Positions 9,893 to 18,716 are shown, counted from the stretch's first letter. The stretch is 52,333 nt of DNA from a bacterium (GCA_021796415.1 JAJYJC010000004.1:1-52333); one strand, 5' to 3'. Notes: a model not told the origin generated them from the letters alone. Made by a program: numbers and translations.

Positions 9893-9923
9893 ATACTAGT
9901 TTTCCACAGGTTTTTGTGGCGTA

Positions 9924-10256
9924 TTAATAAAGTTTGCCTCCGATTTCCGTGTCTTTATCCGGCACCGCTAAAACACAATTTCCTTTGTCGTCAGGAACGC
10001 CCAATGTCAGCACTTCTGACACGGCCGGGCCTATCTGTCTTGGAGGGAAATTTACTATGCCAAGAACCAACTTGCCCATCAAATCTTCCTTAGAATAGTT
10101 TTGAGTCAGTTGAGCACAGGATTTCTTTACGCCGATCTCACCACCGAAATCAATTCTAAGTTTATAAGAAGGATTTCTGGCTTCGGGAAAATCCTTCACT
10201 TCAACTATTTTCCCAACACGGATATCTAGTTTTTGAAAGTCTTCATATGTAGCCAT
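9924..10256 (-). CDS. csaA: CsaA/Trbp111-like tRNA-binding OB-fold protein
   Basis: DF.KLDIRVGKI, VNFPPRQIG and SEVLTLG motifs; start ATG 10256. Confidence 0.88.
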   Translation of the reverse strand: MATYEDFQKLDIRVGKIVEVKDFPEARNPSYKLRIDFGGEIGVKKSCAQLTQNYSKEDLMGKLVLGIVNFPPRQIGPAVSEVLTLGVPDDKGNCVLAVPDKDTEIGGKLY

Positions 10257-10257
10257 T

Positions 10258-10783
10258 CTATTTATCCACCTCAAAAATTGAGGTAAATCTTCCTTCGCTT
10301 ATTAGCTTCATTACTTCCTCTGGTGAAAAAACTCTTCCGTTCATGCACACATAAACACCTTCTTTAAGATCTTCTAATTTTGCCATAGAAAAACCCAGAT
10401 TAAATGGCGCATCTGAAGGAGAAAATCCTGTCAAGGGGATCATTGAACCGGTTAAAATAATTACTTGATCATTCCTCTTTAATTTTGCCTTAAGGAGACT
10501 TGCAGTATCAGCCATTGTATAAGTGCCATGAGTTATAATCACTTTTTGACATTGGCTATTTTCAACTGTCTCTAAAACTTTTTGCATGTCTCCTTTCGTG
10601 AGCGCTCTTGAATCCTTCATGCAAACTTCTGTAAACTCGGTATCGATATATAGTTTGAGGGACTCAATGAAATTTGGGACTACTGAATGTTCTAGGAACC
10701 TCAACCGTATCTTTAGAACCTTCATAATAAGAATCGATGGTTCCACCGGTCATCACAAAATGGATTGCTTCTTTCTTTGGCAT
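10258..10783 (-). pseudogene. asparaginase-domain protein interrupted by a frameshift near 10695
   Basis: SD AGGAG plus ATG 10783 gives MPKKEAIHFVMTGGTIDS (TGGTI motif), which stops after 39 aa; the THGTYTM and TGSM motifs continue in another frame. Confidence 0.75.
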
Positions 10784-10803
10784 ACTGACTCCTTTCTTCA
10801 TGG

Positions 10804-10886
10804 GTCATTCTGGCTTGACCAGAATCAGATTTATTTCTGGATTCCGGATCAACTGATTATATTTTAAAGGAATAGTCCGGAATGAC
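10804..10886. repeat. inverted pair of GTCATTC...GAATC REP-like palindromes
   Basis: gtcattctggcttgaccagaatc (10804-10826) and tggattccggatc...agtccggaatgac (10838-10886). Confidence 0.7.
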
Positions 10887-10928
10887 AGCCCCAAATACAC
10901 AATACTCTATACTCAATACTGATTGCAA

Positions 10929-11741
10929 TTACATTGCAATCTTGATCCCGGGGCCCATGGTGGTTGCAAGAGTTACAGAAAGCACATAGGTCCCTTTGGC
11001 GCCGCTTGGTTTGGCTTTTTTGAGCGCGCCCAGGAAAGTTTCAAAATTTTCCTCTAGCTTCTTCTGATCAAATGAAACCTTGCCGATTATTTGGTGGACT
11101 ATGCCGTTTTTGTCTACTCTAAACTCTACCCTTCCGGCTTTTAATTCTTTAACTGCCTTACCGACTTCGGTTGTAACCGTCCCTGCTTTTGGGTTTGGCA
11201 TTAAACCCTTTGTGCCTAGAATTTTACCGACTTTACCGAGTTTTGGCATCATATCGGGCGTTGCGACCAAAATATCAAAGTCGAGCTTGCCTTTTTCTAT
11301 CTCAGCAATCAGGGATTCGCCAACCTTGTCCGCACCAGCTGCTTTGGCCTCTTTTTCTTTATCAGAACCACAAACAACGGCAATTCTCTTGGTTTTGCCG
11401 GTTCCGTGAGGCAACACAACAGTTCCTCTGACTTGCTGATCCTGTGCGGCCGGATTTACACCAAGCCGAACGTGCACCTCAATGCTTGCGTCGAACTTCG
11501 TAGTTGAGGTCTTTTTTGCAAGCTCTATGGCTTCACTTGCCGAGTATTCTTTGCCGGCCTCAACCAATTCTTTGGCTTGCCTGTACTTTTTTGAGTGCTT
11601 CTTTTCGGATCCGGAAAGCTTTATCTTATCTTTTTCACTAGATTTCTTAACTGATTCTTGCTTAGATTTTGGCTTTTCAATTTTAATTTGTTGTTCTGTC
11701 TTTTCGTTCTTTCGTTCTTTAGCTTTCTTTTCCTCTGCCAT
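10929..11741 (-). CDS. rplA: 50S ribosomal protein L1 with charged N-terminal extension
   Basis: [27 protein letters not shown] and TTMGPG motifs; start ATG 11741 after AAGGAG. Confidence 0.97.
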   Translation of the reverse strand: MAEEKKAKERKNEKTEQQIKIEKPKSKQESVKKSSEKDKIKLSGSEKKHSKKYRQAKELVEAGKEYSASEAIELAKKTSTTKFDASIEVHVRLGVNPAAQDQQVRGTVVLPHGTGKTKRIAVVCGSDKEKEAKAAGADKVGESLIAEIEKGKLDFDILVATPDMMPKLGKVGKILGTKGLMPNPKAGTVTTEVGKAVKELKAGRVEFRVDKNGIVHQIIGKVSFDQKKLEENFETFLGALKKAKPSGAKGTYVLSVTLATTMGPGIKIAM

Positions 11742-11754
11742 CTTTTCTCCTTTT

Positions 11755-11786
11755 GTGGTTTTAGCGAATTTTTTAGATTCTCCCAC
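11755..11786 (-). promoter_or_regulatory. L1-binding autoregulatory mRNA leader
   Basis: GTGGGAG...GCTAAAACCAC immediately before the rplA SD, matching the known L1 target fold. Confidence 0.7.
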
Positions 11787-11834
11787 CTATTAACTTTACT
11801 AATTAATTTGCTAGATTATTTTACTCTGCCCGAC

Positions 11835-11861
11835 TGGATTCCCGCCTCCGCGGGAATGACG
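11835..11861. repeat. ATTCCC-N8-GGGAAT (dRS3-like) palindrome
   Basis: 26/27 identical to the reverse complement of 36888-36914. Confidence 0.85.
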
Positions 11862-11867
11862 GAACGA

Positions 11868-11932
11868 GGGATTTCTCCACTTGCCACTCCGTGAAGTCGG
11901 CCCGCCTGCCGGACGGACAGATCGAAATGACA
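11868..11932. repeat. GATTTC...GAAATGAC REP-like element with nested insert
   Basis: Same GAATGAC/GTCATTC end motif as the neighbouring repeats; internal GCCTGCCGG unit. Confidence 0.55.
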
Positions 11933-11939
11933 AGAGTTT

Positions 11940-11984
11940 ATTCCTATCTACCTAATAACCTATTCACCCAACGACCTATCTATT
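11940..11984. repeat. family C half-element
   Basis: 8-nt periodic ACCTATCT/ACCTAATA/ACCTATTC/ACCCAACG/ACCTATCT overlapping the rplK stop. Confidence 0.65.
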
Positions 11985-12405
11985 TCTCGACTTCTACTCC
12001 CATGCTCCTTGCTGTGCCCGCGATAATGTTCATGGCGTGCTCTACGTCGTTTGCGTTTAGGTCTTCCATTTTTGCCTCGGCGACACGCCTAAGCTGATCC
12101 TTTGTCATCTTCCCCACTTTTTCCTTTTTACTGGAACCAGAACCTTTTTTCAGGCTAATTTCTTTTTTTATAAGCTCTGCTGCCGGCGGCTGCTTGGTAA
12201 TGAAATCAAATGTTCGATCTTCATAAACGGTTATGACAACCGGAAGCTTTGTGCCCATCTGCTCCTTGGTTTTTTCATTGAAAGCATTGCAAAAATCCAT
12301 GATGTTTAGACCATGTTGGCCGAGCGCAGGACCTACCGGTGGCGCAGGATTTGCCTGCCCCGCTATTACCTGCAATTTAATTTTGGTTTTAATTTTCTTT
12401 GCCAT
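11980..12405 (-). CDS. rplK: 50S ribosomal protein L11
   Basis: [15 protein letters not shown] and GTARSMG motifs. Confidence 0.98.
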   Translation of the reverse strand: MAKKIKTKIKLQVIAGQANPAPPVGPALGQHGLNIMDFCNAFNEKTKEQMGTKLPVVITVYEDRTFDFITKQPPAAELIKKEISLKKGSGSSKKEKVGKMTKDQLRRVAEAKMEDLNANDVEHAMNIIAGTARSMGVEVEK

Positions 12406-12539
12406 TACTAATTTTCTCCTACCAACTACTAATCATACTTATTTACTAATTCTCCTTAAAGTTTATATCCTTTTATTATGCTCACTAATCTAGAATGTGT
12501 ATATTAGTATTATTCGTAATTGGTTACACTTAATTGGTA
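12406..12539. repeat. family B hairpin element (nusG-rplK junction)
   Basis: Arms near-identical to 13083-13208 and 16872-16996; unique core. Confidence 0.85.
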
Positions 12540-13082
12540 CTAAATTTTCTTTACCTGCAGTGAATCAAGCTCTACTGGCGTCTCTCTGCCAAACATGCTC
12601 ACTAGCACTTTGATTTTTCCTTTCTCTTCATCTACAACATCAACAGTGGCATCAGAACCTTTGAAGGGCCCGTCATTTATACTTACCAAATCACCTTTTC
12701 GAAGGTCAATTTTGTATTTTGGTTCCTCAACCCCCATTCGCTTCTGAATATTCTTAATCTCTGTTTCCGCCAATGGGACAGGAATGGTTCCTGAGCCGAT
12801 AAAACCGGTTACCTGGGGGGTGTTTCGAACTACATACCATGAATGTTCCGTAACGATCATATTTACCAGGACGTATCCTTGGAAAATTTTCTTTTCGACC
12901 ACTCGCCTTTTGCCGTTTCTGATCTCGATCGTCTTTTCTTTCGGTACGATAACGTCAAAGATAAGATCGGAAAGGCCGAGAGAATCTATTCTCTGGCGCA
13001 GATTTTCCGCCACCCTCTCCTCATATCCTGAGTACGTGTGGATGGCGTACCAGTTTCTTTCTTGTGATTCTTGTTTTGTCAT
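12540..13082 (-). CDS. nusG: transcription termination/antitermination factor NusG
   Basis: WYAIHTYSGYE, GYVLV, VRNTP.VTGF and FGRETPVEL motifs. Confidence 0.98.
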   Translation of the reverse strand: MTKQESQERNWYAIHTYSGYEERVAENLRQRIDSLGLSDLIFDVIVPKEKTIEIRNGKRRVVEKKIFQGYVLVNMIVTEHSWYVVRNTPQVTGFIGSGTIPVPLAETEIKNIQKRMGVEEPKYKIDLRKGDLVSINDGPFKGSDATVDVVDEEKGKIKVLVSMFGRETPVELDSLQVKKI

Positions 13083-13208
13083 TACTAATTTTCTCCTACC
13101 AACTACTTATCATACTAATTTACTAATTCTATTTAAGGTTATTTATTTTTCCTCATGATTGCTATCCAAGAATATGCACATTTGTATTATTCGTAATTGG
13201 TTACACTA
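13083..13208. repeat. family B hairpin element (secE-nusG junction)
   Basis: TACTAATTTTCTCCTACCAACTAC...GTATTATTCGTAATTGGTTACACT shared with the other copies. Confidence 0.85.
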
Positions 13209-13403
13209 TTATTTCAAAATGAAAGCCAATCCTTTGGTGAGGCCATAATCAACGACACCGAGAAAAACAGCCACAACCAGCGAAACTACCGCGACGGCTA
13301 TCGTCATATTGACAGTCGTCTTCCTGTCCGGCCAAACAACCTTTAAAAGTTCGTTTTTGGACTCTATAAAATACTTCAAAAATTGCTTTAACTTGTTTTT
13401 CAT
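13209..13403 (-). CDS. secE: preprotein translocase subunit SecE
   Basis: EL.KVVWP motif plus one TM; upstream of nusG. Confidence 0.93.
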   Translation of the reverse strand: MKNKLKQFLKYFIESKNELLKVVWPDRKTTVNMTIAVAVVSLVVAVFLGVVDYGLTKGLAFILK

Positions 13404-13411
13404 TTTTTCCT

Positions 13412-13434
13412 GTCATTCTGGCCTGTCCAGAATC
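13412..13434. repeat. GTCATTCTGGCCTGTCCAGAATC palindrome (empty form)
   Basis: Identical to 36132-36175 without a 21-nt insertion. Confidence 0.8.
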
Positions 13435-13485
13435 AATTCCTAAATTTTTCCGATTTAAAAAAGCCTCTCGGCTTTTGTGCTTATA

Positions 13486-13514
13486 ATGATACTAAATTTA
13501 GCTAGACTTGTCAA
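13486..13514 (-). promoter_or_regulatory. sigma70 promoter of secE-nusG-rplK-rplA
   Basis: TTGACA-17bp-TATCAT. Confidence 0.75.
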
Positions 13515-13519
13515 TTATT

Positions 13520-14305
13520 TTATAATTCAAAATATTCTAATCTTCTGTCGGCAAAGACATCATTGTAGTCATTGATTGCCTTGTTATTTGCTTTGCTCTC
13601 ATCAATCTCTATGATATCAATCTGACTTTCTTCTGTTGAAGCCGATGAAAGCACTTTCCCATCGGTTGCGGTTATCTGGCTCCCTCCTGTGAAAGTAAAA
13701 TCATCTTTACCTCTTTTTTCATTGCCAACCCTATTGGCAGTAACGGCAAAAATCCTATTTTCCAGACATCTTGTGGTCATTGCCTTTTGGCAGTATGGCA
13801 AAACCAAATTGCAAGGATGCGCTATAATCTGGGCTCCTTTTAGAGCAAGTGTTCTAGATACTTCAGGGAATATCCAATCAAAGCAAATCATTACACCAAT
13901 TTTTACGCCGTCTATATCATATACTTTCAGGGGTTTATTTCCGGGAGAGAACCACAACTTCTCTTTGTTGAATAGATGTATTTTTCGATAGGTATCTATT
14001 ACCTTCCCCCTTGAGACAATGAGTGAAGAATTGTAAATCTTATCGCCCTCTCTTTCTGCAAATCCAGCGACTACAGTCGCGCTAGTCTTTCGTGAAAGAT
14101 CCTTTAGAAATCTGGAAGTCAGGCCATTTTTGTCTTCGGCCAGTTTTTCAGCCTCCTTCTCGGATTTAAACGTATAACCAGTAGCGAACAATTCAGGCAA
14201 AACTAATAGGTCAGCTTTTAAATCGCCAACTAGATTGAAGACATCTTTAAAATTTTTCTCTTTTTCTCCAAACTCGGGAGAGTTCTGTATATAACCTACT
14301 TTCAT
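13520..14305 (-). CDS. carbon-nitrogen hydrolase (nitrilase superfamily)
   Basis: Glu-Lys-Cys triad contexts LPELF, YRKIHL and ICFDW. Confidence 0.9.
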   Translation of the reverse strand: MKVGYIQNSPEFGEKEKNFKDVFNLVGDLKADLLVLPELFATGYTFKSEKEAEKLAEDKNGLTSRFLKDLSRKTSATVVAGFAEREGDKIYNSSLIVSRGKVIDTYRKIHLFNKEKLWFSPGNKPLKVYDIDGVKIGVMICFDWIFPEVSRTLALKGAQIIAHPCNLVLPYCQKAMTTRCLENRIFAVTANRVGNEKRGKDDFTFTGGSQITATDGKVLSSASTEESQIDIIEIDESKANNKAINDYNDVFADRRLEYFEL

Positions 14306-14661
14306 AAGGAGGCTCCCCTTATTTGGTTTAAAATTTCCCTAATATCCCCTTTTGCCTTCCACATTTGGATACAAGGTTCGGATGTTCTGTTAGTATGAGT
14401 ATGATACTTCCCGGCTGGAATCTCAAGTTCATCGCCTTCATTCATTATAATTTCTTCCGAGCTACCATTTTCATCAAACAAAATCATAATTCCCGTTCCT
14501 TTTATTTGATAAAGAGTTTCTACGCAAGGCCGATTGTGCTTCTTAAATTCAGAATTTGGATTAACTTCCAAAAATCCTATGCTCACATTCTCATCCGAAT
14601 AAGCAATTACAATTTTACCCTCATCTATTTGACATGTTTCGAAATTGGCTCCTTTTTGCAT
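14302..14661 (-). CDS. cupin domain protein
   Basis: H.R...E motif 1 and GD...IPAG.YH motif 2. Confidence 0.8.
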   Translation of the reverse strand: MQKGANFETCQIDEGKIVIAYSDENVSIGFLEVNPNSEFKKHNRPCVETLYQIKGTGIMILFDENGSSEEIIMNEGDELEIPAGKYHTHTNRTSEPCIQMWKAKGDIREILNQIRGASL

Positions 14662-14682
14662 ATGGTTTATGATACCATACGA

Positions 14683-14711
14683 TTGACGCTAAAGGCAAAA
14701 AAGAGTATAAT
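14683..14711 (+). promoter_or_regulatory. sigma70 promoter of the tRNA-rpmG block
   Basis: TTGACG-17bp-TATAAT, 14 bp before tRNA-Thr. Confidence 0.85.
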
Positions 14712-14725
14712 ATTTCAGTGATTTT

Positions 14726-14800
14726 GCCACCTTAGCTCAGTGGTAGAGCAACTGTTTTGTAAACAGTAGGTCGTCGGTTCAAATCCGACAGGTGGCTCCA
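14726..14800 (+). tRNA. tRNA-Thr(UGU)
   Basis: Cloverleaf GCCACCT/AGGTGGC, anticodon loop TTTGTAA, GTTCAAATC, encoded CCA. Confidence 0.97.
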
Positions 14801-14804
14801 GCGG

Positions 14805-14880
14805 CAATTCAAAATTAGCAATTCAAAATTAAAAAATGTTCCTAAAATTGTGAATTTTTAATTAATAATTGTTAATTATA
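14805..14880. repeat. family D 7-nt-periodic element between tRNAs
   Basis: (AATTCAA)n arm followed by (TT.AATT)n arm. Confidence 0.6.
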
Positions 14881-14883
14881 TCC

Positions 14884-14969
14884 GGCGAGGTACCGAAGCG
14901 GTCAAACGGGGCAGACTGTAAATCTGCTGGCATACGCCTTCGGGGGTTCGAATCCCTCCCTCGCCACCA
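14884..14969 (+). tRNA. tRNA-Tyr(GUA)
   Basis: GGCGAGG/CCTCGCC acceptor, CTGTAAA loop, long variable arm, CCA. Confidence 0.97.
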
Positions 14970-14978
14970 GGAAATCGC

Positions 14979-15054
14979 GCCCACCTAGCTCAGTTGGTAG
15001 AGCGCATCCATGGTAAGGATGAGGTCACCGGTTCAATCCCGGTGGTGGGCTCCA
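14979..15054 (+). tRNA. tRNA-Thr(GGU)
   Basis: GCCCACC/GGTGGGC acceptor, CATCC-ATGGTAA-GGATG arm, CCA. Confidence 0.96.
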
Positions 15055-15078
15055 GAAATAACATTAAGAAAGGATGAT

Positions 15079-15249
15079 ATGGCAAAAAAAGGACCAAGAA
15101 AAATTATCAAGCTCGAATGCACAGAGTGCAAGCAGCGAAATTACACAACCATGAAAAACGACAGAAATACAACAGACAAGCTTGAGCTAAAGAAGTATTG
15201 CAAGAAACAAAGAAAGTCGACAGTTCACAAAGAAGTAAAAGCATCCTAA
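15079..15249 (+). CDS. rpmG: 50S ribosomal protein L33
   Basis: CTEC..RNYTT.KN and LELKKYC motifs; true start ATG 15079. Confidence 0.95.
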   Translation: MAKKGPRKIIKLECTECKQRNYTTMKNDRNTTDKLELKKYCKKQRKSTVHKEVKAS

Positions 15250-15286
15250 ATTTTTAATTTTGCATTTTTAATTATTAATTATGCAA

Positions 15287-15362
15287 AGGGGTATAGTGTC
15301 AACGGTTAGCACGGGGGTCTCCAAAACCCTAAGTCTGGGTTCGAATCCTAGTACCCCTGCCA
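15287..15362 (+). tRNA. tRNA-Trp(CCA)
   Basis: AGGGGTA/TACCCCT acceptor, CTCCAAA loop, GTTCGAATC, CCA. Confidence 0.96.
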
Positions 15363-15396
15363 TTAAAAAAGAATCTGTGCGAAGATTCTTTTTTAA
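15363..15396. terminator. bidirectional intrinsic terminator
   Basis: TTAAAAAAGAATCT-6nt-AGATTCTTTTTTAA between converging genes. Confidence 0.8.
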
Positions 15397-15399
15397 TTT

Positions 15400-16158
15400 C
15401 TACTGTCTTGCCAACTTCCTTTTCACGTCCACATCTTCCGGATCTATTTCAAGTATTTGAGTCAAAACTTTGGTAAATTTATCCTTCTGGCCGTTTGCCT
15501 CATATGCTTCAGCGAGCATCTTCATATGCTTTACGTTTGGCTCGTCCGCCAAATCGTTTAACGTTTCAAGTGCTTTAATCGCCTTCTTGTCGCTATGGTC
15601 CTTTCTAGCGGCAAGGGCCAGATTTATGTAGCGGTTTTTAATATCCGGATTTATGGCTGTTGCCTTCTCAAACGCTGATACCGCGCTTCGGTAATCTTTC
15701 ATTTTGTAATGGCTGAGGCCAAGATTGTTAAACGCCACATCATTCATTGGATCGTACTCTGTGGCTTTCTCATAAGCATTCACAGAATCCTCAAAATTAT
15801 CCTCGCTAAAGAAAATGTTTCCCAGAGCAAAGTACGCATGAGGATTTCTTCTGTCCTTTTTTATGGCTTCAATCAAGAGCTTTTCAGCCTCTCTCATTTT
15901 CCCTTTGGCAAACAAGCTGTTTGCATCAGAAATTAATCGGTCGGCCTCTCTCTCTTCTGCGTCTGTGCCTATCATTTCCCCCTCTTTTTCAAGAATCATG
16001 TTTTCTTCGGGGTCTTCTTCCGGAATAACTTCTTCCCCCGGCTCGTCATGTACTTTGGGCTTTGGTTTTTCCTGGACCTTTTCCGGTTGCATGTTCGCCT
16101 GCCTGACCAGATAAAAAGCGCCTGCTGCCAATATAATAATTGTGATGATTTCCCACAT
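15400..16158 (-). CDS. membrane-anchored tetratricopeptide repeat protein
   Basis: N-terminal TM, acidic linker, several TPRs (AYFALGNI, AFNNLGL, ILEIDP). Confidence 0.85.
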   Translation of the reverse strand: MWEIITIIILAAGAFYLVRQANMQPEKVQEKPKPKVHDEPGEEVIPEEDPEENMILEKEGEMIGTDAEEREADRLISDANSLFAKGKMREAEKLLIEAIKKDRRNPHAYFALGNIFFSEDNFEDSVNAYEKATEYDPMNDVAFNNLGLSHYKMKDYRSAVSAFEKATAINPDIKNRYINLALAARKDHSDKKAIKALETLNDLADEPNVKHMKMLAEAYEANGQKDKFTKVLTQILEIDPEDVDVKRKLARQ

Positions 16159-16214
16159 GATTGAATTTCCAATTTTTAATTTTCAGTTTTCATTAAATCT
16201 ATATTTATCCATTT

Positions 16215-16871
16215 TCAGCTCTTAGCTTTAGAACCGCCGTTTTCCCGCTCAAATGACAAGCAGCACATCAGTTTGCCGCAAATGCCTGAGACTTTACTGG
16301 CATTTCTTGAACCTTCATATTGCTCCCTCACCATATCCATTGAAATATTTTCCAAGCGAGTCAAGAAACTCTTGCAGCATATCGGCCTTCCGCATGGCCC
16401 GAAGCCATCCAGAATTCTGGCCTCATCTCTCTGTCCCATCTGACGAAGCAAAACTGTTTTTTGCAGCTGCCTCGAGAGATCTCTCACGAGATTTCTGAAA
16501 TCAACTCTCGAATCTGCAGTAAAGTAAAAAGTCACCTTTTCCCCGTCGAGTGAAAATTCAAAATCCACAAACTTCATGTCCAGTTTGTGTTCGTCCACTT
16601 TTTTATGAAATATGTCGATATAACCGCTGTGGTCCAGCTTCAACCTTCTCAGCCTTTCCGTATCTCGCTCAGTTAAAACCTTCACGATATCTTTAAGCGG
16701 CTGATCTTTGGTCTGCTTGACTGTCTTATTGATGTACCTTACCGAGCCCACTTCTTCGTCGTGGATGGTGTCCACCAATACAAAATCGCCTATCTTTATT
16801 TCCTCGGAAGGCTGTTTGAAATCATATATTTTAATTCCCGATCTCAGTTGTACTCCTACCGCTTTTGCCAT
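16215..16871 (-). CDS. ricT: PSP1-domain protein RicT/YaaT
   Basis: FYFTADSRVDFR, GPCGR..CC and SGICGKLMCCL motifs; follows holB. Confidence 0.88.
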   Translation of the reverse strand: MAKAVGVQLRSGIKIYDFKQPSEEIKIGDFVLVDTIHDEEVGSVRYINKTVKQTKDQPLKDIVKVLTERDTERLRRLKLDHSGYIDIFHKKVDEHKLDMKFVDFEFSLDGEKVTFYFTADSRVDFRNLVRDLSRQLQKTVLLRQMGQRDEARILDGFGPCGRPICCKSFLTRLENISMDMVREQYEGSRNASKVSGICGKLMCCLSFERENGGSKAKS

Positions 16872-16996
16872 TTGCTAATTCTCTCCTACCAACTACCAAT
16901 CATACTTATTTACTAATTCTTGCTTAGTTTGCCCGGCTGAATATTTGACCATTTTAGAACCTGTACATTGGTATTATTGGTAATTGGTTACACTTA
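16872..16996. repeat. family B hairpin element (holB-ricT junction)
   Basis: Third copy; overlaps the last codons and stop of holB. Confidence 0.8.
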
Positions 16997-17774
16997 TTAT
17001 TAAATTTTCCAGAACAAATCTGGCTGACAAATTTCTGTTTAAATATTGCCTGGATCTTGCCAATAATTCCAGTTTTTCTACCGCGCCTGCATCCTGATCA
17101 AGGAAAGAACGCCTCAGAATGGTTTCAAGTCCATCCAGTAAATCCCCTGCAAGCTTTCTGTCTTTGCCGTATTTCTCAACTTTGTGAAATCTGTCCGCCA
17201 GAGAGCTTGACTCCAAGATTTCTCTCGCATCAGCTAAACCTTCCTCGGTTGCCTGAACCCGATCGCTTGTGCCAAAATCTACCAGTTGGCTCCTGGAAAC
17301 GATTGTCTCTGGCAATAGCAATTTGTCCTCGGCAATCAATATGATAATACTTTTTTCAGGAGGCTCCTCGAGCGTCTTTAACATCGCATTTGCGCTCTCC
17401 TCTGTCATCAGGTGCGCATCCTGGACAATAGCAATCTTGTGGCCTGCCTGATACGGCTTCAGGCTTAACTTATGGTTTAGCTCCCGAATCTCGGCAATTT
17501 TTATTCTTTCGCTTCCGCCATGTGCCGTCTGGTTCGTGACGCCGCCAATAATCATGACGTCTGGATGATTGCCTGATGCAAACAATTTGCAATTTGCGCA
17601 TTCATTACAGCCGCTGCCATTCTCGCAAACAACGCTCTTGGCAAAGCTCATCGCTGTCTCTGCCTTTCCAGATCCCTTCTGGCCTACAAACAGCATAAAC
17701 TGGGTATATTCCCTTGTTTTGGCCTGCTCGTCCAAATACCTTTGATGTCCCCTATTTTTAAGCCGAATATCCAT
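16974..17774 (-). CDS. holB: DNA polymerase III delta-prime subunit
   Basis: Degenerate P-loop G.KGSGK, zinc module C..C..C, HPD, NAMLKTLEEPP and TIVSR motifs. Confidence 0.92.
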   Translation of the reverse strand: MDIRLKNRGHQRYLDEQAKTREYTQFMLFVGQKGSGKAETAMSFAKSVVCENGSGCNECANCKLFASGNHPDVMIIGGVTNQTAHGGSERIKIAEIRELNHKLSLKPYQAGHKIAIVQDAHLMTEESANAMLKTLEEPPEKSIIILIAEDKLLLPETIVSRSQLVDFGTSDRVQATEEGLADAREILESSSLADRFHKVEKYGKDRKLAGDLLDGLETILRRSFLDQDAGAVEKLELLARSRQYLNRNLSARFVLENLIISVTNYQ

Positions 17775-17822
17775 AAGTAAAGAAATTATAGCAGTTTAAC
17801 ACGGTAAAATCCAGCTATAAAG

Positions 17823-18716
17823 CTACTCCTGTTTTTCTAGAAAAATCCTCAAATATTTTGGTAAATCGGAGTGAAAGGAATACATTTTGCCGTTTAGCTT
17901 AAATGACAGGTCTGAAGCATGGAGAAATTGGCGAGCAAGTCCGGATCTGTCATCTCGCCTGCCATATGTTTTATCCCCTACCACAGGATAACCAATGGCC
18001 GCGAGATGAACTCTGATCTGGTGCGTCCTGCCTGTAATAATTTTAACTTTTAGAAGGGTCATTTGACTAATCCGACACCCGGTGTCGGATTGGTTGTAAT
18101 AATGCACAACTTCATATTCTGTAAAGGCATCTTTCCCTGTATCTGAAGCTTCCATTTTTTTCCTGTCCTTCTCCGACCTGCGTATCGGAATTTCAATTTT
18201 CCCATTTTCCGGCTCAACATGACCCCATACGAGAGCTAGATAAATTTTCTCAAATTTTCTACTCTTTATTTCTCTTTTCAATGCCCTTTCGGTATCGCTG
18301 TTTTTCGCAAAAACAATTAACCCCGATGTGTCCTTGTCTAGCCGATGCACAACTCCCGGCCTCTCGTCACTCTCAATATCAATTTTGGGACGCACAGCAT
18401 CAAGCAGCGTGCCTGTTTTGTGATTTGAGTCCGGATAGACAACGATTCCCGGATCTTTATCGATCACAATAATATCCTTATTCTCAAAGACAATTTTAAC
18501 TTTCGGGATGACTTGCTTCAATCCCTTATCCTTAGCGTCCTGGACCTCGACATTGTCACCCGCTTCTAATATAATGCTTGGCTTGCCTGCTCTCCCATTT
18601 ACAAAAACCAACCGCTCCTTTATATAATTCTGGGCTTTATTTCTCGAAATACCAAGTATGTCAGCAACAAAAACATCGAGCCTTTCGCCCCTCCCTTGGT
18701 AAACTTTTTTATTCAT
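17823..18716 (-). CDS. rluD: RluA-family pseudouridine synthase with S4 domain (RluD-like)
   Basis: RLD..VA, GVVHRLDKDTSG, TGRTHQIRVH and GD..YG motifs. Confidence 0.88.
   Translation of the reverse strand: MNKKVYQGRGERLDVFVADILGISRNKAQNYIKERLVFVNGRAGKPSIILEAGDNVEVQDAKDKGLKQVIPKVKIVFENKDIIVIDKDPGIVVYPDSNHKTGTLLDAVRPKIDIESDERPGVVHRLDKDTSGLIVFAKNSDTERALKREIKSRKFEKIYLALVWGHVEPENGKIEIPIRRSEKDRKKMEASDTGKDAFTEYEVVHYYNQSDTGCRISQMTLLKVKIITGRTHQIRVHLAAIGYPVVGDKTYGRRDDRSGLARQFLHASDLSFKLNGKMYSFHSDLPKYLRIFLEKQE
18069..18091. repeat. palindrome inside rluD
   Basis: AATCCGACACC-C-GGTGTCGGATT with perfect 11-bp arms; CACCCGGTG core also at 36068-36104. Confidence 0.75.

Noticed and set aside
15010-15078. 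N-terminal extension of rpmG
   Set aside because: Overlaps tRNA-Thr(GGU); the real start is ATG 15079
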